Source: an uncultured bacterium
Lineage (GTDB): Bacteria; Methylomirabilota; Methylomirabilia; Rokubacteriales; DASRDR01
Assembly (NCBI GenBank): GCA_964416315.1
Contig: CAYQDR010000003.1
Span: 46,031-110,030, forward strand
DNA length: 64,000 nucleotides
Direction of reading: 5' to 3'
Under the pieces are notes generated by a model. The model saw nothing but the letters and a program-made list of their open reading frames with translations. It searched no databases and had not been told where the DNA came from. Below are positions 55,702-64,000 of this stretch, piece after piece (position 1 is the stretch's first letter; each line of letters opens with the position of its first letter). Made by a program: the position numbers and the translations under genes.

Positions 55702-57525
55702 CTATTGGAACGCGAGGCTGTCGAGGAGGCGCTCGATCTCGGCGCGGATCGCCGAGTCGCGCCAGGCGTCCTTCTCCGCCGTCACGTCCACCACGAAGAC
55801 CCAGTTCCCGCGGGCGACCGCGGCGACGTAGTGTTCCATGCGGACTCCGCCCGACCGGTACTCGATCTGCCGCGAGATCCCCGTCCGCCCGCCCACCCGG
55901 GCGCTCCGGTTCTCTCGGACGAGCGTCGGGGTCGCGCCACCGAGGCGCTCCCGCACGGCCTCGTCGAGCCGCGCACCGAGATCCTGCGGCGCCCCGTAGT
56001 CCTGGGAGGCGACGCGCAAGGTCACGACGGGGTCCTCGCGGCGGAGGACGACCTCGCCGCCGCGGCGGCCGCTCCGCTCTTCGGCCACCTGCCAGGTCGC
56101 GGGCACCCGGAGCCGCGCGCGCACGGTCGCGTTCGAGTACGACTCGGCGCCGGTCGCGGACAGGGCCTGGAGCCGCTGGCGCGCCTGGCGCCCGAGGTCG
56201 GTGTCGGGCGCCGCGGCGAGCTGCGCCCGCCAGGCGGCGGCCGCCGCCCGCGGGTTGCCCGTGGCCTCGTACGCCTGGGCGAGGACGCCGTGGACCTCGG
56301 GGTGCTTCGGTGCCGCCTCGGCCACCGCGCGGAGGTGGGGGATCGCGGGCGGGTAGGCCCCCGTGCCCACGAACGCGAGCCCGAGGACATAGCGCGACGG
56401 GAGATGGCCCGGCACGAGCTGGAGGCTCTCCTGGAGCGCGGGCACGGCCTGCCGGGGACGGCCGAGCCGGTACTCGGCCACCCCGAGGCCGTAGAGCGCG
56501 GGCTGGTAGCCGGGGTAGCGGGCGAGGGCGCGCGCGAACGCGTCGCGGGCCTCGGGGAAGCGCCGCTCCCGGAACAGGATCGCGCCCTGGAGCGTGGAGA
56601 ACTGGGCCTGGTCGCCGAGCCGGAGCGCCTCGCCGACCTCCCGGTGCGCGGCGGCGAGCGCGCTCCGCCGGTAGGCGACCCGGGCGCGGTCGTAGTGCGC
56701 GTAAGCCGGGGCGAGGGCGCGGATCGTCGCCGTCCACTGGGCCCAGCGACCTCCGAAGCGCCCGTCGCCCTGGGTGCGGACGTCCGCCGGCGGGAGCTGC
56801 CGGGTGAACGCCTCCAGGTCGGCGAGCCGCGCCTCGTGGCGCGGGTGGGTGGAGAAGAGCTCGTCGAGCGCGCCGGGCTCCTCGCGGCGGCGGCCGACGT
56901 TCTGGAGGTACTGGTCGATCGCGCGGTTCAGGACCTCGTGAGCGCGGAGGGCTTCGCGCGGGTCGTAGCCCGCACGCGCCATGTAGAGCACCCCCAGCCG
57001 GTCGGCCTCGATCTCCTGAGCGCGGTCGTAGCGGAGGAGGACGAGGCCGGTCCCCAGCGCGAGTCCGCCGGCGGCCAGCTCCCCGAGGCCGCCGTCCCCG
57101 AAGACCACGGCCCCGAGCCCCACGAGGCCGCCGCCCACCATCCCCCAGGTCTGACGCTTGGCCGTGTGGCGCGCGGCCACATGCCCGAGCTCGTGCCCCA
57201 TGACGAACGCGAACTGCGCCTCGTTCTCGAGCGCCTGAAGGAGCCCCCGGTGCATCGCGGTGTGGCCCGGGATCGCCCACGCGTTCGGCACCGAGGCGCT
57301 GTGGAGCGTGAAGTCCACGGGGAGCTGCGGTCGGTGGGACACGAGGTGGAGGTTGCGGACGATGCCGGCGAGATAGGCGGCGGTGACGGAGCGCCGGGTA
57401 GGCCTCGCGCCCGAGGGCGAGACGAGCATGAACTCGGACTCGCCCGTCACGGGGTTCACCGCGCAACCCGCGAGGGCGGCGACCCAGACCACGAGCCCGA
57501 CCGCGCGCGCCAGCCGGGAGGTCAT
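55702..57525 (-). CDS. M48-family zinc metallopeptidase lipoprotein with TPR repeats
   Basis: Lipobox LAGC, HExxH in FVMGHELGHVAARH, C-terminal TPR region. Confidence 0.8.
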   Translation of the reverse strand: MTSRLARAVGLVVWVAALAGCAVNPVTGESEFMLVSPSGARPTRRSVTAAYLAGIVRNLHLVSHRPQLPVDFTLHSASVPNAWAIPGHTAMHRGLLQALENEAQFAFVMGHELGHVAARHTAKRQTWGMVGGGLVGLGAVVFGDGGLGELAAGGLALGTGLVLLRYDRAQEIEADRLGVLYMARAGYDPREALRAHEVLNRAIDQYLQNVGRRREEPGALDELFSTHPRHEARLADLEAFTRQLPPADVRTQGDGRFGGRWAQWTATIRALAPAYAHYDRARVAYRRSALAAAHREVGEALRLGDQAQFSTLQGAILFRERRFPEARDAFARALARYPGYQPALYGLGVAEYRLGRPRQAVPALQESLQLVPGHLPSRYVLGLAFVGTGAYPPAIPHLRAVAEAAPKHPEVHGVLAQAYEATGNPRAAAAAWRAQLAAAPDTDLGRQARQRLQALSATGAESYSNATVRARLRVPATWQVAEERSGRRGGEVVLRREDPVVTLRVASQDYGAPQDLGARLDEAVRERLGGATPTLVRENRSARVGGRTGISRQIEYRSGGVRMEHYVAAVARGNWVFVVDVTAEKDAWRDSAIRAEIERLLDSLAFQ

Positions 57526-57562
57526 GACGCTCCTAGTCTAGCCCCACCACCCGGGTGCTAGA

Positions 57563-58729
57563 GTGGAGGTCGTGCCCGCTGCGCCCGGCCTGTGGAGCCT
57601 GGCCGCCGCCCGGCTCTGGATCGCGAGCTTCCTCGTCTTCCTCTCCTTCTTCCTGCTCATGCCGGTGCTCCCCCTCTATGCTCTCCGCGAGGGCGTCCCC
57701 GAGTCCGCCATCGGGCTCATCATCGGCGTGTTCGCGCTCACCGCAATGGTCGGGAAACCGCTGGTGGGCTGGCTCCTCGACTGGCGCGGCCGGCGGGGGT
57801 TCCTCTGGACCGGGGCCGCGCTATTCGGCGTGGCCTCGGCGCTCTACCCGATGGCCCACTCCACGGCCCCGCTCCTGCTCGTGCGCATGCTCCACGGCGC
57901 CGGGATGGGGTTGTTCCCGACAGCCGGCGTCGCCGTCGCGGTGGACCTCGCGCCGCCGGAGCGGCGCGGCGAGGCGTTGGGGCTCTTCGGCATGGCGGGG
58001 ACGCTCGCCCTGGCGGTGGGGCCGCTCGCCGGCGTCGCGCTCGACCGCGCGCTCGGGTTCCCCGCGCTCTGCCTGAGCGCAGCGCTCCTCGCCGCGCTCG
58101 GCACCGTCCTCTCCCTGTGGGTCCCCGAGACGGGCGTGCCCGCGGACCCTCCGCCGTTCCGCGTCGGCGGCCTCTTCGCGCCGGCCGCCTTTCGCCCGGC
58201 CGCCATCGCGCTCGCGCTCTGTCTGACGTACGGGGCGCTTGCCTCCTTCCTGCCGCTGCTCACCCAGGCGCGCGCGGCGGGCAACCCCGGCGCCTTCTTC
58301 GGCCTGATGGCACTGGCGCTCCTCGTCGTGCGTGCCTACGCCGGACGACTCTCGGACCGCTACGGGCGGCGCGCCATCGTCCTGCCGGCGACGGTGCTGA
58401 CGGCGGGATCGCTCGCGCTCCTGGCGTGGGGGCCTTCGGCGTCGTGGGTCTACGGCGCGGGGTTCGTGTTCGGGCTCGGCTTCGGCTCGGCCCAGCCGGC
58501 GCTCCTGGCGTGGGCGGCCGATCGTGCGCGACCGGGGGAACGCGGGAAGGCGATGGGGACGTTCTACACCGCGTGGGAGCTCGGGATCGGCGGGGGGTCG
58601 ATCTTCGCCGGCCTCCTGCTTCCCTACGCCGGTTTCGGCGGCGTCTTCGGCCTCGCCGGGGTCGTCGCGCTCGCCGGCGGGGCGCTCGCCACGCGGGGCG
58701 CGGCCGAGCCGCTCGTCGCGCGGCGCTAG
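57563..58729 (+). CDS. MFS transporter
   Basis: 12 TM helices, MFS fold. Confidence 0.8.
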   Translation: MEVVPAAPGLWSLAAARLWIASFLVFLSFFLLMPVLPLYALREGVPESAIGLIIGVFALTAMVGKPLVGWLLDWRGRRGFLWTGAALFGVASALYPMAHSTAPLLLVRMLHGAGMGLFPTAGVAVAVDLAPPERRGEALGLFGMAGTLALAVGPLAGVALDRALGFPALCLSAALLAALGTVLSLWVPETGVPADPPPFRVGGLFAPAAFRPAAIALALCLTYGALASFLPLLTQARAAGNPGAFFGLMALALLVVRAYAGRLSDRYGRRAIVLPATVLTAGSLALLAWGPSASWVYGAGFVFGLGFGSAQPALLAWAADRARPGERGKAMGTFYTAWELGIGGGSIFAGLLLPYAGFGGVFGLAGVVALAGGALATRGAAEPLVARR

Positions 58730-58912
58730 CTCCTCATACCAGCCCCTCCTTTGGCGGCCCCGAGCGGCCGCGCCAACGTGCGCCCACGATAGACTGGACC
58801 CCGCGCCCGGGCAAGGGTCGCCGGCGGGCGGCCTCGAGTCCGGGAGCGCCGGTCCCGCGGCGATTGACGGCGGTGCCTCCGATGCGTATCATGTGACCAC
58901 TGGGGTGGTCAC

Positions 58913-59176
58913 ATGAAGGTCGCAACCGTCAGGCAGTTCCGTGACCGGGCCACGACCCTCCTCAAGCAGCCGGAGCCGATCCTCGTGACGCGCCGCGGAA
59001 GGATCGTCGGGTTCTTTCTCCCCGCCGGCGGCGAGTCCGTGCCGCTCGAGGCGAAGCGTGAGCTCTTCTTCGCGCTCACGGACGCCATCCGCAGCCTGAT
59101 GAAGCGCCGACGCCTCTCCGAGGAGTCGGTCGTTGCCGACTTCGAGAAAGCCCGAGCGGCTCGTCGTCGACGCTAA
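58913..59176 (+). CDS. type II antitoxin (Phd/YefM-like)
   Basis: MKVATVRQFRDRATTLLKQPEPILVTRRGRIVGFFLP is an antitoxin N-terminal fold. Overlaps the following PIN gene. Confidence 0.55.
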   Translation: MKVATVRQFRDRATTLLKQPEPILVTRRGRIVGFFLPAGGESVPLEAKRELFFALTDAIRSLMKRRRLSEESVVADFEKARAARRRR

Positions 59177-59570
59177 TCCCATCCTGGCCGCCCTGCTCGG
59201 CGGCCAGGCCCGGCGGGTCTTCTTCGAGGCCGGGGTCCAGGAGTTCGCAGTCCCCGAACCCGTGATCGACGAAGTCAGCCGGTATGTGCCAAGTCTGGCC
59301 CGCAAGCTTGGCGTGGACGTCGCGCTCGTACAGTACGCGCTCGAACTCCTCCCCCTGCGCCGCTATCCTGCGGGTGCATACGCTCGCGCGCTCGGGGAGG
59401 CCAGGCGGCGCCTCGCGGGGCGGGACCCCGACGACGTCGCCCCGCTTGCGCTTGCCCTACAGCTCGGGATCCCCCTGTGGTCGAACGATCGGGACTTCGA
59501 GGGCACCCGCATCGAGTGGTTCACCAGCGCGCAACTCCTGGCGCTCTTCTTCCCGCCCTCCACGCGCTGA
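59133..59570 (+). CDS. PIN-domain toxin (VapC-like)
   Basis: LVVDANPILAAL ... LWSNDRDF PIN motifs. TTG/internal start uncertain. Confidence 0.6.
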   Translation: MPTSRKPERLVVDANPILAALLGGQARRVFFEAGVQEFAVPEPVIDEVSRYVPSLARKLGVDVALVQYALELLPLRRYPAGAYARALGEARRRLAGRDPDDVAPLALALQLGIPLWSNDRDFEGTRIEWFTSAQLLALFFPPSTR

Positions 59571-61674
59571 ACAGCGGTTCTCCAGCGCGCCGTCCACGCT
59601 GCGCTCGGGATCCGGAAGGCCCTGGAGAGCTATCAGGAGGAGCTCCGGCGCGAGAGCGGGGTGAGCTTCCAGGCGCGTCAGGGGCTCAATACGGGTCTCG
59701 TCGTGGTGGGGAGCATCGGGAGCGACCTCCGGATGGACTACACGGCGGTCGGCGACACGACCAACGTGGCCGCGCGTCTCCAGCAGGCGGCCGGCCCGGG
59801 ACGGATCGTCATCGCCGAGGCGACGCGCCGGCTGGTCGAGGGCTATTTCTACACCCGGCCCCTCGGGCCGATCCCCCTCAAGGGCAAGGCCGACCCGGTC
59901 CGGGCATGGGAGGTGGTCTCAGCCCGCGTGGCCCGGACACGGCTGGAAGTGGAGGCCGAGCGAGGGCTGACCCCCTTCGTGGGCCGCGAGCGCGAGCTCC
60001 GGCTCCTCGAGGAGTGCTTCGAGAAGGCCCACGCGGGCCACGGGCAAGTCGTCTTCCTGGTCGGCGAGGCGGGAATCGGTAAGTCGCGGCTCCTCTTCGA
60101 GCTCCACCGCCGCCTCGGCGACCGCGCGACCTGGGTCGAAGGTCACTCGATCTCCTTCGGGCAGTCGATCGCGTTCCACCCGCTGACCGACCTCCTCAGG
60201 CGGACCTTCAGGATCGAGGAAGGGGACACCGACGCGGGCATCGGCGAGAAGATCGACCGGAACGTGCTGCTCCTGGGCGAGGACCTTCGGCCGATCCTCC
60301 CGTTTCTCCGCTTCCTCCTGTCCGTGGACCCGGGTGATGCTGGCGTGAGCAAGATGGACCCGAAGGAGCGCAGGCAGGGGATCTTCGACGCCGTCCGGCG
60401 CCTCACGCTCCGCGCGTGCGAGGTGCGGACGCCGGTCGTGGTCTTCGAAGACGGCCACTGGATGGACAAGGCAACGGAGGAATACCTCGTCTTCGTCGGT
60501 GACAGCGTCGCGGCCAGCCGGCTCCTGGTCGTCCTCACCTACCGGCCGGGCTACACCCATCCTTTCGGCGAGCGCACATATCACACGCGGATCGCGCTGG
60601 ACAGCCTGCCCGCGGAGGCCAGCATCGCCATGGCACAGGCGATGCTGGCGACCGAGGGCCTCCCCGAAGAGCTCAAGTCCCTGATCGCTCGCAAGGCCGA
60701 AGGCAATCCCTTCTTCGTCGAGGAAGTGGTCAGGTCCCTCCAGGAGGTCGGCGCCATCCGACGGGTCGGCGACCGATATGTCTTGGCGAAGCGCCCGGAG
60801 GAGCTCGTCGTCCCGGACACGATCCAGGATCTGATCATGACCCGGATCGACCGCCTTGCGGAGGCCCCGAAAAAGACCCTGCAATTCGCCTCGGTCATCG
60901 GCCGGGAGTTCACGCGGCGGCTGCTCGACCGGATCGCGGAGATCCGGGAGCGCACGGACGAGGTCCTGCGGGAGCTGAAGGCGATCGAGCTGATTTACGA
61001 GCGACGGCTCTTCCCCGAGCTCGCGTATATGTTCAGGTGCAGCTCCTTGCGCCGCCCGACGAGCAGGGAGTTGTAGGCCACCTCGTGGGTCAGCGCGTGC
61101 TTCCTCGTCGGGGTCGCGATCGAGGAACTCTACGCGGACCGGCTGCCCGAGCAGTATGAGGGCCTCCCCCATCACTTCTCGAAGGCGGGAGAGTGGGCCA
61201 AGGCAGTCGCGACTACCTGTTCCGGCGACGTGTCGCGGGCCAATGAGGCATGCGAGGCAGTGAAGCGGATCCAGCGTCACACCTTCCTGGGCTGCAGCTT
61301 CGAGGACGCCGCCGCCGTCGGGTTCCACTACTTGCGGCAGGGTGCATGGGACGGCGCCAGAGAATATCTCGAGGGGACCCTACAGGTCCATCGTGAGCGC
61401 AACAACATCGGTGCCGTGGGCGCCTGCTGCTTCTCCCTGGGTGCACTCCACATGGAGCGAGACGGCGCTCGCCATCAACAAGCGGTACGGACTGCCCTGG
61501 GACGAGGCGAAGGTCCTCTCCGAGTGGGGCCGCATGCACCTGGCCCGGGGTAGGGCGCGCGACCGTCAGAACGGCCGGGAGAAGCTCGGCGTAGCGCTCG
61601 CGACCTTCGAGCGGATCGGCGCCCGGACAGACGCCGAGAAGGTTCGAGCCGAGATCGCAGGGCTAGGAGCCTGA
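59571..61674 (+). pseudogene. 5'-truncated, 3'-degraded paralogue of the cyclase/AAA/TPR gene at 51150-54752
   Basis: Reading frame opens directly after the vapC stop, in the middle of a cyclase domain (AVHAALGIRKALESYQ..GLNTGLVVVGSIGSDLRMDYTAVGDTTNVAARL). Intact AAA part to 61076. TPR remnants in two other frames (61230-61553, 61342-61674). Confidence 0.6.
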
Positions 61675-61690
61675 TAGGGCTAGGAGCCTG

Positions 61691-63202
61691 ATATGGAAGG
61701 ACCGTCCGTCAAGCGGGTTCTTCATGGGTCCGGTTCCGGGCTGGAGCGGAGTGATTCCTGAGGGCGCCAACGTCGGTCCCGATGAGGCGGCTTCGACGAC
61801 GAATCAGGCTGATATGCGCGGGTTACTCCGAGGAGCAGAGCCGCATGACCGTGGTTCGTCGGGAGCGGCCTCCGTCTAGGAGCGCGAGTCGTCCCAGTGC
61901 GAGGACCAGGCGTCGCATAGGTTCGGCGAGGGCTCTCCAATCGTGCCTGCATCGTGCCCGCCGCGACGCCGCTCAGGAAGCTCATGTCCACGAGTTCGGT
62001 GTTGCCGTGCCTACGCCACTGCGGTGCGCTGAGTCATGGCGGCCCAGATGAACCCGACGAGTTCGCGGGCGATGGCCGTCACCGCGACGGGCGGGCGTTT
62101 GCCGTGCCCGACGAGATGTCGGTAGCGACGATGCAGGCGTTGTTGCGCGCGCCACGCCTGCGCACGACACTCCGGGGGGTTGGCCGTCACTGCGGGCCGC
62201 CAAGCCCCGGCCCAGTGTGGGGCGGTGGCGATCGTGCCACGCGGCCTCTACGAGCACACGCCGCGCGTGGGTGTTGCCGGCCTTGGTGATGGCCCCGCGA
62301 CGCTGGGCCTCGCCGGAGGAGTACTCACCGGGGACCAGACCGAGGTAGGCCATCAGCTCCCGGGGGTGCGTGAACCGCTGGAAGTCGACGATCTCGGCGA
62401 GGAGGATCATGGCCGACAGGGTGTCGATCCCCCGGAAGCAGCGCAGCCAGCCGACCGGCTCGCGATAGGGCGCCTGCTCGGCGAGCGCCGCGATCTCCTT
62501 GTCCAGCTCGGCCTGGTGGGCGAGCGCCTGCTCGAGGGCGAACAGGGTGGCGTCCAACGTCCGTTGCAGCGCCGGCAGATCGAACCGCTGGGTCCGGATC
62601 CAGGCCCAGTGGCGCCGGCTCCAGTTCCTCCCCGTGACGTAGAGGCGCCCGTGCCGATCCAAAAACTTCAGCAGCCGATGGCGCCACCGCAGGACGTCCC
62701 GGCGCACGTCCTCCCGACACCGCGTCAGGTCGCGGACCGCTTCCTCGGCCTCGTCGGGGACATGGATCGCCGTCAGCTCGCCGGCGCGGAAGAGCCGGAC
62801 CAGCTTGACGGCATCGCGGCGATCGGTCTTGATCCGCTGGCCTGGCCGTCGTGGGGGTCAACGCTGGCGCGATCGCCTGACAGGTCACCCCGCAGGCGGA
62901 GATCTGTCGGTAGAGGTCGTACCCCGACACTCCGGCTTCGTAACAGACCGCGACGGTGCCCTCGCGCGCCAGTCGGCGAAACAACCGCTGGATCAGATGC
63001 GGCTCCTTCGGCATCTCCCGCTGCTCCGGCTCTCGTTCCCCGGGGCGCAAGATCGCCACCACGAGCTTCCGCTTGCTGTCATCGAGCCCCACGTAGGTCG
63101 TAGTATCCTTTTCCATGACCGGCCTCCTTTCGCATGTGGCTCTGTTCCGTGCTCGGAACAACCCACGCTACTCTGCGATAGGTCAGGCCGGTCCTTCCAT
63201 AT
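61691..63202 (-). mobile_element. IS110-family insertion sequence with frameshifted transposase
   Basis: 14-bp terminal inverted repeats atatggaaggaccg (61691-61704) / cggtccttccatat (63189-63202). Transposase N-term MEKDTTTYVGLDDSKRK (frame of ORF 62325-63161). C-term ..PRRPGQRIKTDRRDA...GIDTLSAMILLAEI...ITKAGNTHARR (frame of 61982-62707). Confidence 0.7.
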
Positions 63203-63221
63203 GGTCTAGGCGCCCGCCGAG

Positions 63222-63608
63222 CTACAGCCCGTAGGCGGGGATCCGCAACGCGTGCGCCGCGGCGAGCAAGCGATCGTCGTAGCTCGCCAGCGTCACAGCC
63301 TGGCCGTGGGCTCGCAGGAACTCCATCGACGCCAGGTGCAGCGCGTCGAGCGTCCGCACCGGAGCGGGGAAGGGTTCCAGGGCCCGGGCCAGTACCGGCG
63401 GGGCCAACTCGAGGAGGGCGATGCGACCCACGAGTGCCCGGACGTGGTCGCCATGCGACGGGCCGAGCCGGCGCGCATGAATCCGCGTCCAGATCTCGCA
63501 CTCGAGCAGCCGGCTCGAGATCAGCGACTCCTGCCAGAGTCGCTCGGGCGGCGCCTGGTCCTCGGCGAGCAGTTGAGCCAGCGCGACCGAGGTGTCGAGG
63601 TAGATCAC
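63222..63608 (-). CDS. vapC: VapC PIN-domain toxin
   Basis: MIYLDTSVALAQ..., conserved PIN acidic residues. Confidence 0.7.
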   Translation of the reverse strand: MIYLDTSVALAQLLAEDQAPPERLWQESLISSRLLECEIWTRIHARRLGPSHGDHVRALVGRIALLELAPPVLARALEPFPAPVRTLDALHLASMEFLRAHGQAVTLASYDDRLLAAAHALRIPAYGL

Positions 63609-63895
63609 CGCCCGTTCCGGTCTTCCCGCAACTCGGCGAGCAGCTCGGCCAACGGCGCGACGGGTGCCCGCGGCGGTGCCCCGGCCACGGGCAGGACCGG
63701 GGGAACGACCCAGCCGTGGCGGACCGCCTCCGCCAGGAGCGCGTCGGCCAGCAGGACGCTCCGCCCTGCCCGAGGGGGCACCAACTCGGCCACCACGCGG
63801 TCCCGGTCCGTGACGAGGACGGTCTCCCCGCCCGCCGCGAGCCGGACGTACTCGCTCAGCCTGTTCTTGAGGACCTTCAGCCCGACGGCCCGCAC
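63605..63895 (-). CDS. vapB: VapB/Phd-type antitoxin
   Basis: LKNRLSEYVRLAAGGETVLVTDRDRVVAEL. Paralogue of the antitoxin at 54881-55186. Confidence 0.65.
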   Translation of the reverse strand: MRAVGLKVLKNRLSEYVRLAAGGETVLVTDRDRVVAELVPPRAGRSVLLADALLAEAVRHGWVVPPVLPVAGAPPRAPVAPLAELLAELREDRNGR

Positions 63896-63901
63896 GCCCC
63901 C

Positions 63902-63925
63902 AAAGTAGCTTCCGGAAGCTACTTT
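63902..63925. promoter_or_regulatory. 24-bp perfect palindrome aaagtagcttcc/ggaagctacttt upstream of vapBC, candidate antitoxin operator
   Basis: Perfect inverted repeat 7-30 nt upstream of the vapB start. Confidence 0.4.
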
Positions 63926-64000
63926 GTCAATCGGGGGCGGCCGTTGGGGCGCACGTCAGGGTTGTGAGGGAGGCGGACGATGCGGGTTGCGTCTTGGTGG

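Noticed and set aside
1-64000. Genome-wide reassignment of UGA (code 4 or code 25 style)
   Set aside because: Most genes here terminate with TGA (the ACT gene, SagB-like, SRPBCC, HU, fhs neighbours and others). The high GC is incompatible with known UGA-recoding lineages. Context-dependent Sec insertion fits better.
1-64000. tRNA or rRNA genes, including a tRNA-Sec, in intergenic regions
   Set aside because: No intergenic segment shows a recognisable cloverleaf or rRNA-like conservation by eye. A tRNAscan or Infernal run is needed to be certain.

Overview
This is a high-GC (about 70%), gene-dense bacterial chromosomal segment with roughly 65 protein-coding genes on both strands. I saw no rRNA, tRNA or CRISPR. 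Long antisense or off-frame ORFs in the track are GC artefacts; real genes were assigned from recognisable family motifs. I read the sequence by eye, so coordinates in homopolymer runs may be off by 1 nt. Main content: (1) A minus-strand mer-like operon at 9.1-14.0 kb with a divergent canonical merB. It encodes an ECF sigma factor, a ZAS anti-sigma factor, a MerT::HMA fusion, MerE, a MerB-like lyase, an NrdH-like redoxin and a MerA-like flavoprotein disulfide reductase. In three of these proteins the redox or metal-binding cysteines are replaced by in-frame TGA codons, each followed by a SECIS-like hairpin. This is a candidate selenocysteine-based mercury-handling system. (2) One more candidate selenoprotein, of the ArsC/Spx family, translationally coupled to fhs. 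(3) A cluster of SPFH, two DUF4178, DUF350, a membrane spermidine-synthase homologue and a Tat-exported amine oxidase. (4) A plastic 3' zone with a degenerate group II intron, an IS110-family element with a frameshifted transposase, three vapBC modules and a 5'-truncated paralogue of an adenylate-cyclase/AAA/TPR gene. (5) Two families of GC-rich palindromic intergenic repeats, a poly-G tract that frameshifts a secreted protein, and a frameshifted tam-like methyltransferase.
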